Of a stretch of DNA of 38,805 bases, positions 7,776-16,566 are shown piece after piece; the stretch's first letter is position 1; each line of letters opens with the position of its first letter. The translations under genes were made by a program, and so were the position numbers. This DNA comes from a virus. The DNA lies in the IMG/VR virus record IMGVR_UViG_3300038603_000019. One strand, written 5' to 3'. The notes under the pieces were generated by a model. The model had not been told where the DNA came from, ran no database searches, and saw only the letters and a list, made by a program, of their open reading frames with translations.

Positions 7776-8027
7776 TTCTGGAAAGTAAGTTGCAAGCAAT
7801 CCAAAAGCTACGGAGCAAATCAACGCCCATTTTGCAATTTGCTTTTCATTGTTTGCAATTTTCAAATCGTGGTTATCAACGCGCTTTTCGATGTTAGATA
7901 TTCGATTGTGAACGTTAGCTAGTTTCTCTGTCACATCAACCAGCCTATCTAATTGTTTTTCTTGGTGTAACTGACTTTGCTCAACTCTAGCTAGTCGCTC
8001 GTTAACTTCTGACATTATCGCACTCAT
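7752..8027 (-). CDS. coiled-coil protein with C-terminal TM (XhlA-like architecture)
   Basis: 91 aa with a heptad-like N-terminal region and a C-terminal WALICSVAFGLLATYF. No SD; the ATG abuts a terminator T-run. The 3' end overlaps the LuxR-type gene by 24 nt. Confidence 0.4.
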   Translation of the reverse strand: MSAIMSEVNERLARVEQSQLHQEKQLDRLVDVTEKLANVHNRISNIEKRVDNHDLKIANNEKQIAKWALICSVAFGLLATYFPELKTIIGL

Positions 8028-8030
8028 AAT

Positions 8031-8072
8031 AAAAACCCCATAATAACAGTATTGTACATTGTCATTATGGGG
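8031..8072 (-). terminator. hairpin terminator directly upstream of the 8027 start codon
   Basis: CCCCATAAT 8036-8044 pairs with ATTATGGGG 8064-8072. The T-run on the minus strand is 8031-8035. Confidence 0.55.
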
Positions 8073-8186
8073 CTTTGCAAAGTTAGTGCCTAGATGGGGT
8101 TTTGTGTAACACGGCTATCAAATAGTTGAAAGCCGCGTATGGGTTAATGGGGTTGTTGGGCTAGGTGTTAAAATAGACTGATAGAG

Positions 8187-8209
8187 AAAAGCCCCGTAAT
8201 GGGGCTTTT
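8187..8209. terminator. bidirectional hairpin terminator
   Basis: AAAAGCCCC-gtaat-GGGGCTTTT. Confidence 0.55.
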
Positions 8210-8265
8210 ATTGCTTATATTCGGCTTCTTATATTCAATCTTCGTTCATTACTGTTTACTTTTAA

Positions 8266-8290
8266 CCCCTTACATCACAAGTGTAAGGGG
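8266..8290. other. 9-bp stem hairpin
   Basis: CCCCTTACA-tcacaag-TGTAAGGGG, without a clear T-run. Confidence 0.4.
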
Positions 8291-8342
8291 CAGTTTATTG
8301 TAAATCTAGTAGATAAGAAGATGTCTTCCTGTATTGAGAATA

Positions 8343-8630
8343 TTAGTTGATCGCGCTAAAAAGGAACATAGCTAATTCTGTGTACCTGATACCGTAGCGG
8401 TTCCCTGCTTGGATTCCATTATCGAGATCCTCTTCCCATTCATCATAACAAAGTAAAGAATAGTCGTGAGCGCCTAAGCCATGCTTCTCAAATATAGCTT
8501 TAACTGTTTGTGCTCCTACACCAAAGTGAATTCGCGCATCACCTTCTTCCTTGTAATTCCACTTGAACTTCTTAATGCAACTTTTTATTTCTAAAGCTAC
8601 AGCTTTCTCTTTCTCTTCAATCGCGTCATC
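8343..8630 (-). pseudogene. remnant of a tail-fibre C-terminal intramolecular chaperone (peptidase S74-like) domain, no in-frame start
   Basis: Open 95-codon frame DDAIEEKEKAVALEIKSCIKKFKWNYKEEGDARIHFGVGAQTVKAIFEKHGLGAHDYSLLCYDEWEEDLDNGIQAGNRYGIRYTELAMFLFSAIN*. A TAA lies immediately upstream. SD AAAGGAG (8642-8636) and ATG (8629-8627) are in the +1 frame and give only 10 codons. Confidence 0.6.
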
Positions 8631-8716
8631 TTACGCTCCTTTCTTTTTATGTGTACTCCGTTTGTCGACTAACATACGGCTATTTGTAATTATATTTTAA
8701 GGTAGATTACAGATAT

Positions 8717-8745
8717 TAAAAAGGCTCCGGTTAAGGAGCCTTTTT
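8717..8745. terminator. bidirectional terminator after the tailspike gene
   Basis: AAAAAGGCTCC-ggttaa-GGAGCCTTTTT. Confidence 0.7.
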
Positions 8746-8816
8746 GTTGGGTGGTGGGATTAATCTCCCACAGAAGGCTTTATTGAGTACCACTTCCTTA
8801 GCTTGATAACTATCAG

Positions 8817-11135
8817 CTAACGTAAGAGTGAAAAACTCATGTTTCTTCCATCTACGGGAGTTGCCGAATCAGAACCGCACAATATTGAGAACGTATTGGG
8901 TGTAACTTGAACGCAGCTAATCATCAGCGTTCTTGCTACAGAAGTATTCTCTCCGTCACAGTTTAATATTGGGTTTGTGTAATTCAGTCTAGTTGTCACC
9001 GTATAATCCCCGATGTCATTTCTTACTACGTTAGTTATGTTGTATTGGTTGTTTATATTAATAACACCATCACCTGTAAACTGAACGTAAGCATCTGATT
9101 TTTTATTTGTAATATTTAGCAATTCTTCACCTATTAACGGTGATGGATTCGATGGTCCAACCTTTACAATATTGTTCTCCCAGTCAGTGTTGCCATATAC
9201 CTTGTAAAAGTTTGAATAATCCCCTATCACATTTACATTGTTATTTTTGACACTAATACCTTCTACCGATGAGCCGATATTTAACGCATAGAACCCTTGT
9301 GAGGTAGATTGTTTACCGTTTGATGATGCGCGGATTTTATTGTTACTAATATCGATATTTTTACCGCCTTCGATATTTATCAAATGGTTGTCGAACGCCT
9401 CATATTCGCCAACAACACCCGAGACACCGACATCTGCAAACAAGTTATCTCGCACCGTCAATCCGTCAACGTCGGTGACAATAAGAAGATTAGTACAAGC
9501 TTCCCAGTACCCCCCTATAATCGAAACAGCTTCTTTCAGTTCTGTGCCTGCCAATCCTATCGCATACGTGTCGCTATCTGACAAGCTTGAAAAACCATTA
9601 TACGTAGACTGCTTGTTGCCTTGGCAATTAAGTAGCTGAATAGTCTGACCCGCTCTTATAGCGAATCCTCTTGATCCTCGTATCGCTATACAATTTTCAA
9701 AAACTACATCACCACCATTACAGTCAATAAGAAAAGCTATATAATCTGTAGGCACAGGTTCACCAACCCATTGAACCCCTTTGACCCTAGCTGTGGATGT
9801 TCCTAGAGGCGCTTCGCTTTCTAATCCCAATAGATGAATGCCACCTCCATTATAGTCAGTCATATATAGATATTCATATCGCACCTGCGGGATGGAGCTT
9901 TGAATACAAGCGGAACCATTGCCACCGTATATAAGTAAATTTCGTATTGTTGCACCGTTAGTCAGATTTTCCACGCTGAATAATGGACCTGTTGAATCAG
10001 GGTCGTGGTATATTCTCGCTGCTTGATTTGCCGCGCTCCCGTTTTCCGGTCCTTGTAACGTAAATTGAGTGTTATTGACTAATGTTCTTGTTATCCTAAA
10101 AATTAAAGATGGTGGCACATACACAACCGAGTAAGGTTTGTAATCCATAGCAGCCTGAAAAGCATCAGTGTCATCTGTAACCCCATCACCAACAGCTCCA
10201 AAGTCCATAACGCTTACATAGTCAGCAAACCTATCATCCAAACGCCTAGGTGTTGTACTACCTGTTGCTGTGACTTCAGTACTAGATACTGTCTGCGCCG
10301 TCAACGGCTCCGTAGCTTCATGCCCCGTCGCCACACTACCCTGCTCAAACTTACAACTATAAATATCCGTTGCTGAGTTGGCGATAGTAATACGCCAGTT
10401 TCCGTCCCCGCTATCGCTGAACGATACGTGAGAAGTGTCTGGTGCTGTGACAGCGCCTGATACTTTTCCAGCTAAACTGGCGGTGTATTCTGTAAGGTCG
10501 CCGTCTTTAGGTACTAGAGTATATATTGAGCTAACACCGTCTTGAGTCCAGTTTAGAATGTCATTAACGCGAGTTACGCCAGAAGCACCGTTTACATCAT
10601 CAGCAAACCAACCGCTAAAGATTTGGAATCCCGCTGGATAGTCTTGAGGTGTCGCGCTCGGTGCTGGGAGTGAATCATCAGGTGATTCAACTTTAAATTG
10701 GCCGTTTGATAGTAGGTTTGGGTTGCGCACATTACTAGCGCTAATGTTAACCTTCCAATTAACATTATCCCCTACAGGGTCAACGCTAGTGTTTTGCAGT
10801 GCCGTAAAGTAGTTTCCAGTAGGCTTCCCGCCAATTTGAGTTTGCCAAACCTCTCCATGTGTCGCACTACCGCCAGTGTCAGGCCATAATCCTTGATATC
10901 CTGCCGTGCTTGCCGACGCTTCCGCAGCCGTAGCCGAAGCACTAGCCGCATTAGCGTTACCTTCCACATCGGTAACAGCTTGATTCATGCCGTCGATTGT
11001 GGCGTCTAGCTCAGCCGCAAGCTGAGCCTCATAGCTCAGTTGGCCAAACATATTTTGCGTAAACTCGGTTTGAGTTTGGCTACCGTCTGGATTTGCAACT
11101 TGTCCAGTGTAGGGTGTTAACTTTGGAATGGTCAT
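8817..11135 (-). CDS. tailspike / tail fibre with right-handed beta-helix (pectate-lyase-like) depolymerase domain
   Basis: 772 aa. Ala-rich coiled N-terminal anchor. YVSVMDFGAVGDGVTDDTDAFQAAMDY is the classic pectate_lyase_3 / tailspike N-cap. A long Gly/Asn-rich repeat region follows. Confidence 0.8.
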   Translation of the reverse strand: MTIPKLTPYTGQVANPDGSQTQTEFTQNMFGQLSYEAQLAAELDATIDGMNQAVTDVEGNANAASASATAAEASASTAGYQGLWPDTGGSATHGEVWQTQIGGKPTGNYFTALQNTSVDPVGDNVNWKVNISASNVRNPNLLSNGQFKVESPDDSLPAPSATPQDYPAGFQIFSGWFADDVNGASGVTRVNDILNWTQDGVSSIYTLVPKDGDLTEYTASLAGKVSGAVTAPDTSHVSFSDSGDGNWRITIANSATDIYSCKFEQGSVATGHEATEPLTAQTVSSTEVTATGSTTPRRLDDRFADYVSVMDFGAVGDGVTDDTDAFQAAMDYKPYSVVYVPPSLIFRITRTLVNNTQFTLQGPENGSAANQAARIYHDPDSTGPLFSVENLTNGATIRNLLIYGGNGSACIQSSIPQVRYEYLYMTDYNGGGIHLLGLESEAPLGTSTARVKGVQWVGEPVPTDYIAFLIDCNGGDVVFENCIAIRGSRGFAIRAGQTIQLLNCQGNKQSTYNGFSSLSDSDTYAIGLAGTELKEAVSIIGGYWEACTNLLIVTDVDGLTVRDNLFADVGVSGVVGEYEAFDNHLINIEGGKNIDISNNKIRASSNGKQSTSQGFYALNIGSSVEGISVKNNNVNVIGDYSNFYKVYGNTDWENNIVKVGPSNPSPLIGEELLNITNKKSDAYVQFTGDGVININNQYNITNVVRNDIGDYTVTTRLNYTNPILNCDGENTSVARTLMISCVQVTPNTFSILCGSDSATPVDGRNMSFSLLR

Positions 11136-11187
11136 CTAAATAACTCCTGTGTGTTTTGCATGATTTTAACACAGTTTGTGAGGCGCA

Positions 11188-12810
11188 TCACACAGATGCG
11201 CGCACAGTGATTTGATAGTTAATGTCGTTAGGCATGTTAAACGGTATCGGGCTGCGCTCGAAGAATCCGTAAGTAATCATTCTCTGGTCACTGCCGATAT
11301 CGCCAACCCATAGCGTGTTTTTACCTGTCAGCCCGTCTAGAAGCTTCTGTATTGATGGGTTAGTTAGTTTTGGCACTAGTACATCATAGGTATTTAATTC
11401 AACCACAATAGGCGCAGCGCCAGTCGGATAACCAAACTCGTTGTATTGCTGCTCACGGTATCGGAATCGGTCTGATTTTGTACCATTGGCAACAAGCGTA
11501 CCGATATTAACCGCAAAACCAAACGCAAGCTCACCAATCTGCACATCTGAGCCTGAGAATGTAACCCTGATTGTTGTGTTTGGTAGTGGCGGCAAATCTT
11601 CAACTATCAGCTTTTTAAGTGCCACAATCTGATAAAACACATAGGTGTAGTGGTCATAGATTGCTGAAAAGTCTGATGCTGTAAATGTTTTATCGTAAAT
11701 GTTTGCGCCACCTGTGTCGTCAACCTCAACTCGCACCGATGAAACACCTGAAAACCCCAGCACCGCTAACGTGTTAACGTAGGTGACTGGATTAAGCGTG
11801 ACTGTAAAATCCGTGTCGTTAATCGTCTTGGTGTTTTGAAGGTTATCAAACATCGCCCATTTGTTAGTGGGACCAACCACAATCCAAGTTGCTGCTGCGT
11901 CTTCTGTTGCGCCCTCTTCGGGGTCTTGACTTGTTGCTGTTAGGCACTGATAAACTTGGTGTGTGCTTGTTTTGATCACCCTATCGCCTGGTTGGTAAAG
12001 TCCTTCTAATTGGTAGTTTGACTTGTATATAATAATCCTTTTATCTATGGGGTTTAGCGTTATATACCCACTCGATGTTTTTTCAAACCCAACATCTTTT
12101 GTTGGATCTAGACTCCCAAGTGTCCCATCATCGTTAAAGTTATTTAGGTCCACCCCTGTCGTGTAAACCTTTATCTGGTCGGTATCGAATCCTTTTTTTG
12201 CTATGTTTTTGATTAGTCCATTCTGAAATGTTCCACCTAATAGCTTTGTTTCAATACTGGTTTGCAACACCTTTGATTCAACGAATGCCTCATTTGCTAT
12301 TTCGTACTTAGCTATTTTGTATGTTGTATCTGTGAAGTCTTTTAGAGTTAAGTAAATGTAAGCGCCGTCACTGCAAATTGTTTGCGCATACGCATTGGTG
12401 AAATTCAAATCAGTATTTATCACCTTGCCGGCATAATTCCAGTCTGTGTCGTACATTGATATCTGGTCGCCATTAGCAAACCAAAAGTTAGTACCATCAA
12501 AACAAACATCAATCTTATCCCCAGACACATAAGGTTGACCTGAGCTAAACGCCTTTGACGTGACGAACGAAAAGCTAGAATCGTAAATGTACGCAGTTGC
12601 TATCAGGGTCGATGTATTCCACCCAACAACCGTGTATCTATTGCCGTCATACGTCAACGCAACACCGTCAGATATTTCACTAACCAACTTCCCTATAAAC
12701 GCGTCCGTTGTCCACTCAACCTCACCCTGCGCAGTATCAGGCTCTGGTATGTCAGAAGCGGCTAAAACCGCCTCCGTCACTTCGATTGGCTCAACTACTT
12801 TTAAAGTCAT
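11188..12810 (-). CDS. tail tip / distal tail structural protein (function unresolved)
   Basis: 540 aa. The start overlaps the tape-measure stop. Position is between the tape measure and the tailspike. Confidence 0.55.
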   Translation of the reverse strand: MTLKVVEPIEVTEAVLAASDIPEPDTAQGEVEWTTDAFIGKLVSEISDGVALTYDGNRYTVVGWNTSTLIATAYIYDSSFSFVTSKAFSSGQPYVSGDKIDVCFDGTNFWFANGDQISMYDTDWNYAGKVINTDLNFTNAYAQTICSDGAYIYLTLKDFTDTTYKIAKYEIANEAFVESKVLQTSIETKLLGGTFQNGLIKNIAKKGFDTDQIKVYTTGVDLNNFNDDGTLGSLDPTKDVGFEKTSSGYITLNPIDKRIIIYKSNYQLEGLYQPGDRVIKTSTHQVYQCLTATSQDPEEGATEDAAATWIVVGPTNKWAMFDNLQNTKTINDTDFTVTLNPVTYVNTLAVLGFSGVSSVRVEVDDTGGANIYDKTFTASDFSAIYDHYTYVFYQIVALKKLIVEDLPPLPNTTIRVTFSGSDVQIGELAFGFAVNIGTLVANGTKSDRFRYREQQYNEFGYPTGAAPIVVELNTYDVLVPKLTNPSIQKLLDGLTGKNTLWVGDIGSDQRMITYGFFERSPIPFNMPNDINYQITVRASV

Positions 12811-15800
12811 TCTGCCCCCTGATACGCCAATCGACGTAAGTAGTCATTGCTTTCTGTTTGCTGTTTGCTCATTTGGATTCTAAGCTCCATCAGTTCTTTT
12901 TTAACTTCGTCGTTCATTGTATCACTATCGCCTAGTTTATCTCTAATCTCCTCAAGTACGGTTAGCTGCTTATCTTCGACGCTTATTTGACCTGATTGTA
13001 AATCCGCAAGCTCATTCAATCGCGCTGCGGTTTCTGCTCGTGCTAGGTTGTACTCAAGAGCCGTGTTGAAATCGCTTGTGGATGGCGCGATACTTCCAAG
13101 GTCTAATTGCTCAGCCAATGAGAAATCACCCAACCTAGCGGCCGCTAGAGCTGATTCTAGCGACATTGCACGACTAGCCTCGGTAATCTCAAACAAACCC
13201 TCTGCCGCTTTGCGATAAGCCCCTGCGGTTTTATCTAGCAGTTTAAAGTATTCGCTTGCTGTATCCGTTAATCCTAACAGCGTTGCGATTTGCTCCCGTC
13301 CAGCCTCAGTCGTACCATCTAGAGACATCATGAGGTCGTATAAACCTTCAGAAGTAGATGGTAGCGTCAAGCCAACTTCATTAAGCGCTTCGTTCATTGC
13401 TCGCTGATAAATGTCAAACAATTGCGCATCAGTGGCAAACGCATTGGTGAATGAGCTTGTTTTTTCTGCTAACTCCTCAACACCACCAACTAGCGTTGCA
13501 AGGTTATCAGCAGCGCTCGCGTATGCTTCTGGGTCTGCAAACTTATCACCAAAGTTAATACCGAATCGCGCTGTGATTTCTTCAGTCACGGCAACCTGAG
13601 AAGCCAATCGAGCTAATGTTGTACCTAAGTCTTCACCGACTTGCTGGAAGTCTTTTGCAAACGGTACGACCTCGCCGGCTAAGTCAGAGAATATCTGACT
13701 AAATACCGCCTCAATCTCTTTTTTCTGGTCTTCCGCGCTCAGTCCTCGAAGTGAGATTGTCGTTGTAGCAACTTCAAATTCATTAATTCGCTTTTCAATC
13801 TCATTTGCTGATAAACCTAAAGCCTCAGCACCGACTGCTACAGAGTTAGCGATAGACTCAAACACTAGCGCGAATTGTTGACCTACTTCGTCGCCAGCAT
13901 CTTGGAATACTGTTTTACTCTTGGAGCTCCCATATTTCCATTTCTTATACTTTACAGATTGAAAGGCCTGAACGGTAACGTCATCCATTAGCTCATTGAA
14001 TGTGCCACCAAGGATGCGGATACCTTCATCGGTTACGCTTGATGAACCACCAAGCCAGTTGCCGATGATGTTAAGTGGTAGGTTTAGCAGGTTAGTGAAC
14101 GTTTCGCCAAGCAAGCCTGTTAGGTTTAAAATATCACCACTAAAGAAGTCTTGAAGCCCTTCAAATAGGTTTTCTCTAACACTCACACTTGCCGTCGGTA
14201 TTGTCGTATCCCTAACTATCATCCCAGCAGCGCTAGATAATGCAACGGTTAGCCCCTGCATCGCTTTGAGCATGTTGGTGTTAATGCCAACTAGCTTTTC
14301 TGTGGCGCCCGCTGTAATTTCCGTAGCCTCTAGGATTGACTCTGACTTTTCACCCCAAACATTCAAGCCCTGACTAGCTTGGTTTTGCTGCGACTCATCT
14401 TGGAAGTCCCCGCCAAGATTACCAATCGAAACACCAAGAGAGGCAACCATAGCCGCCATTGCTGCCATGCGTCCGAATGCTGTGTACGGGTCGCCTTTAC
14501 CCTGGTTTAATACGGCTCCAACCGCTTGCACAAGGTTTAGAGCTTGCATTGCGATAGCGAGCTTCTGAGCGTCTTTCGATCCACTTTCAAACATGCCTGA
14601 CATCGCGGATAGCGCATCTTGCGCACCACTGGTCATGGATTCGAACGGGTTAATATCTAGCTCTTGAATTTGCGTCCTGAGTTGCTCAATTCGTTTTGTG
14701 CCAATGTCTTCATCGATATCACCAGACAGCATGGCAAGCCAAATGTCATCAATCTCTTGCTTGAGCAACATCGCCGGCTCAACTGCGTCACGCACACTCA
14801 TTGCCCATCTATCATATGCTTCAGCCTGTTTTTCTATTGCTTTAGCTCTTTTTTCTGCGGCCTTTTCTTCTGTTTCCTTGTTGCTAGCGGTGTCAATACC
14901 AAGTGTAACATTGACATTTCTAGTGGTGGTGCGGTTTACCTCTAATTGCGCTTGCGCTGTTTTCTTGGCTGCTTCGAGCTGTTTATCTGCCGCCTCTACC
15001 GCCGTGTTAGCTGCATCTAATCTAGCTTGTGCAATCTTAGTCTCTTGGTCAATAACATCCTGACCGAAAGCAGCGGGTATGTTTTGCGCCTTACCAAGCA
15101 GTCGACGCGCTTCTAACTGTTCAGATAGTGCGTCTGAGTAATCCCTTTGCGCTGCCGCGATTGAGCCAGAAGCTAGTGACGCAACAAAATCCGCCGCCTC
15201 CATTGCTAATACAGACATCACCTCAGCAAGTGGTGAAAGTGTCTTGGTGATTCCGTTTTGCGCAGTATCAAGAAATAGATCGAAGTTTTTAGCTAAGTCG
15301 GCGTAGTTTTGCACGTCCTCATCGTTTAGTGAGAATGCAGCATTGAATTTTACATACTCATTGGAAAGGTCGCTTACCGCTTGCCCGTTGTTCTCAAGCG
15401 CTGGAATCATACGTGTGGCTTCTGATGCCATAGCTTCCATGACGCCAGATAACTGAAGACCGCTAACTCCCGCAGCATCCAAGTCGTTAACCATTCTTTG
15501 CAATAGTTGCTGACCGTTTAGCCCTTGAACCTTCTTGGCAAACTCTGTGATTTCATCCTTACTCATCCCCATTGCGTCGCCAAAGTCTTGCAGCGCGCCT
15601 GATTGGGAATTTAACCACTCACCTATTCGCTCGCGCGAGTCTTTGTAGATGTCATTAACTTGCTCGACGGTTAGCCCGAATTGACGATAAGCAAAACCCA
15701 TCGCCTCGAATTGGTCGGTCGTTAACCCTGCCATTCGTGCTGATGCTTGCAACTCACGCTCTACGTTAGCTAAGCCATTCATCATAGCTATTACTGCGGC

Positions 15801-15986
15801 GGTTGCTGCTGCGGCTGCGGTCGCCATTCCTGCAACTGCGACTCCGGCGGTTTTAGCGCCCTTGGTCATTTTGCTGACTTTGCTTTCAGCTTTATCTGCG
15901 GAGTTGCCTAGCTTATCAAGGCGCTTGTAACCTTTATCTATTTGGCTCGTGTCGACCCTAAAGCCAACGTTAACTATATCTGCCAT
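12807..15986 (-). CDS. tail tape measure protein
   Basis: About 1059 aa, Ala/Gln/Glu-rich and helical with a hydrophobic AAAATAAVIAMM segment. Lies downstream of the G/GT chaperones. The ATG at 15986 (MADIVNVG) is preferred to the GTG at 16016. Confidence 0.85.
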   Translation of the reverse strand: MADIVNVGFRVDTSQIDKGYKRLDKLGNSADKAESKVSKMTKGAKTAGVAVAGMATAAAAATAAVIAMMNGLANVERELQASARMAGLTTDQFEAMGFAYRQFGLTVEQVNDIYKDSRERIGEWLNSQSGALQDFGDAMGMSKDEITEFAKKVQGLNGQQLLQRMVNDLDAAGVSGLQLSGVMEAMASEATRMIPALENNGQAVSDLSNEYVKFNAAFSLNDEDVQNYADLAKNFDLFLDTAQNGITKTLSPLAEVMSVLAMEAADFVASLASGSIAAAQRDYSDALSEQLEARRLLGKAQNIPAAFGQDVIDQETKIAQARLDAANTAVEAADKQLEAAKKTAQAQLEVNRTTTRNVNVTLGIDTASNKETEEKAAEKRAKAIEKQAEAYDRWAMSVRDAVEPAMLLKQEIDDIWLAMLSGDIDEDIGTKRIEQLRTQIQELDINPFESMTSGAQDALSAMSGMFESGSKDAQKLAIAMQALNLVQAVGAVLNQGKGDPYTAFGRMAAMAAMVASLGVSIGNLGGDFQDESQQNQASQGLNVWGEKSESILEATEITAGATEKLVGINTNMLKAMQGLTVALSSAAGMIVRDTTIPTASVSVRENLFEGLQDFFSGDILNLTGLLGETFTNLLNLPLNIIGNWLGGSSSVTDEGIRILGGTFNELMDDVTVQAFQSVKYKKWKYGSSKSKTVFQDAGDEVGQQFALVFESIANSVAVGAEALGLSANEIEKRINEFEVATTTISLRGLSAEDQKKEIEAVFSQIFSDLAGEVVPFAKDFQQVGEDLGTTLARLASQVAVTEEITARFGINFGDKFADPEAYASAADNLATLVGGVEELAEKTSSFTNAFATDAQLFDIYQRAMNEALNEVGLTLPSTSEGLYDLMMSLDGTTEAGREQIATLLGLTDTASEYFKLLDKTAGAYRKAAEGLFEITEASRAMSLESALAAARLGDFSLAEQLDLGSIAPSTSDFNTALEYNLARAETAARLNELADLQSGQISVEDKQLTVLEEIRDKLGDSDTMNDEVKKELMELRIQMSKQQTESNDYLRRLAYQGAE

Positions 15987-16011
15987 GTGACATTCCCATT
16001 TTGTGACTGTG

Positions 16012-16044
16012 CTCACAGTATACCACTTGGTGAGGGGTTATTAT
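16012..16044 (+). promoter_or_regulatory. GTCACR-N21-(-10) promoter-like element, copy C
   Basis: CTCACA 16012-16017, 21 nt, TATTAT 16039-16044. ATG 16077 lies 32 nt downstream. Confidence 0.45.
16017..16028 (-). promoter_or_regulatory. extended -10 promoter for the tape measure gene (AAGTGGTATACT)
   Basis: The minus strand reads AAGTGGTATACT. It shares AAGTGGTATA with the late promoter at 32496-32507 and overlaps box C on the other strand. Confidence 0.4.
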
Positions 16045-16076
16045 ATTTTGGTGATTAACTAGAAAGGACTGGAAAA

Positions 16077-16538
16077 ATGACAGCGCACAAACATGCAGCG
16101 ATGATTAAGTCTAAAGCTGATAATATGGATTTAGTGGTATTTAGTAAAAATGAATCAGGATGGAGAGTTTCAACTTTTGAAGATATCGTTTGCTGGCCTT
16201 CTCATGAGCACTTCCTTTGCCTACCTCAACACAAGGAGGCTTGCTTGCACTGGCTGAATGGTGGTGAAGTTGAGTGCAAATCAAACATTGTAGGCGAAGA
16301 GTGGAAAGAGTGTTACCCGCTTGGAAGTTGGCATTCAGGACTTGGCTTAATGCGAGAGGACGCTAAATACCGCATCAAGCCACGCAAAGAAAAGTGCTGG
16401 ATTGGGTATTGCGCAAATACAAATCAAACATTTCCACACCCACAGAAAACAATTGAGATTGCGGAGGATTATGCAGCAAGAAGCTACGGTTACAAGATGT
16501 CGGATTGGCAATTTATAGAAATAGAAGTTGAAGTCTAA
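16077..16538 (+). CDS. hypothetical Cys/His/Trp-rich protein (153 aa), opposite-strand insert in the tail module
   Basis: ORF with its own promoter-like element and terminator. No motif recognised. Confidence 0.6.
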   Translation: MTAHKHAAMIKSKADNMDLVVFSKNESGWRVSTFEDIVCWPSHEHFLCLPQHKEACLHWLNGGEVECKSNIVGEEWKECYPLGSWHSGLGLMREDAKYRIKPRKEKCWIGYCANTNQTFPHPQKTIEIAEDYAARSYGYKMSDWQFIEIEVEV

Positions 16539-16540
16539 AC

Positions 16541-16566
16541 AAAAGCCCCATCACGGGGCTTTATTT
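16541..16566. terminator. bidirectional terminator
   Basis: AAAAGCCCC-atcac-GGGGCTTTATTT. Overlaps the stop of the GT extension. Confidence 0.65.

Noticed and set aside
12807-16016. Antisense ORFs inside the tape measure gene (13411-13599, 14664-14945, 14698-15063). Similar shadow ORFs lie inside other long genes, e.g. 1219-1554, 1262-1471, 2143-2409, 2352-2585, 2646-2885, 4521-5000, 9340-9639, 26676-26963, 28198-28515 and 31287-31646.
   Set aside because: They are fully embedded in better-supported genes on the other strand or in another frame. They lack SD sequences and have Ser/Leu/Cys-rich composition typical of shadow frames.
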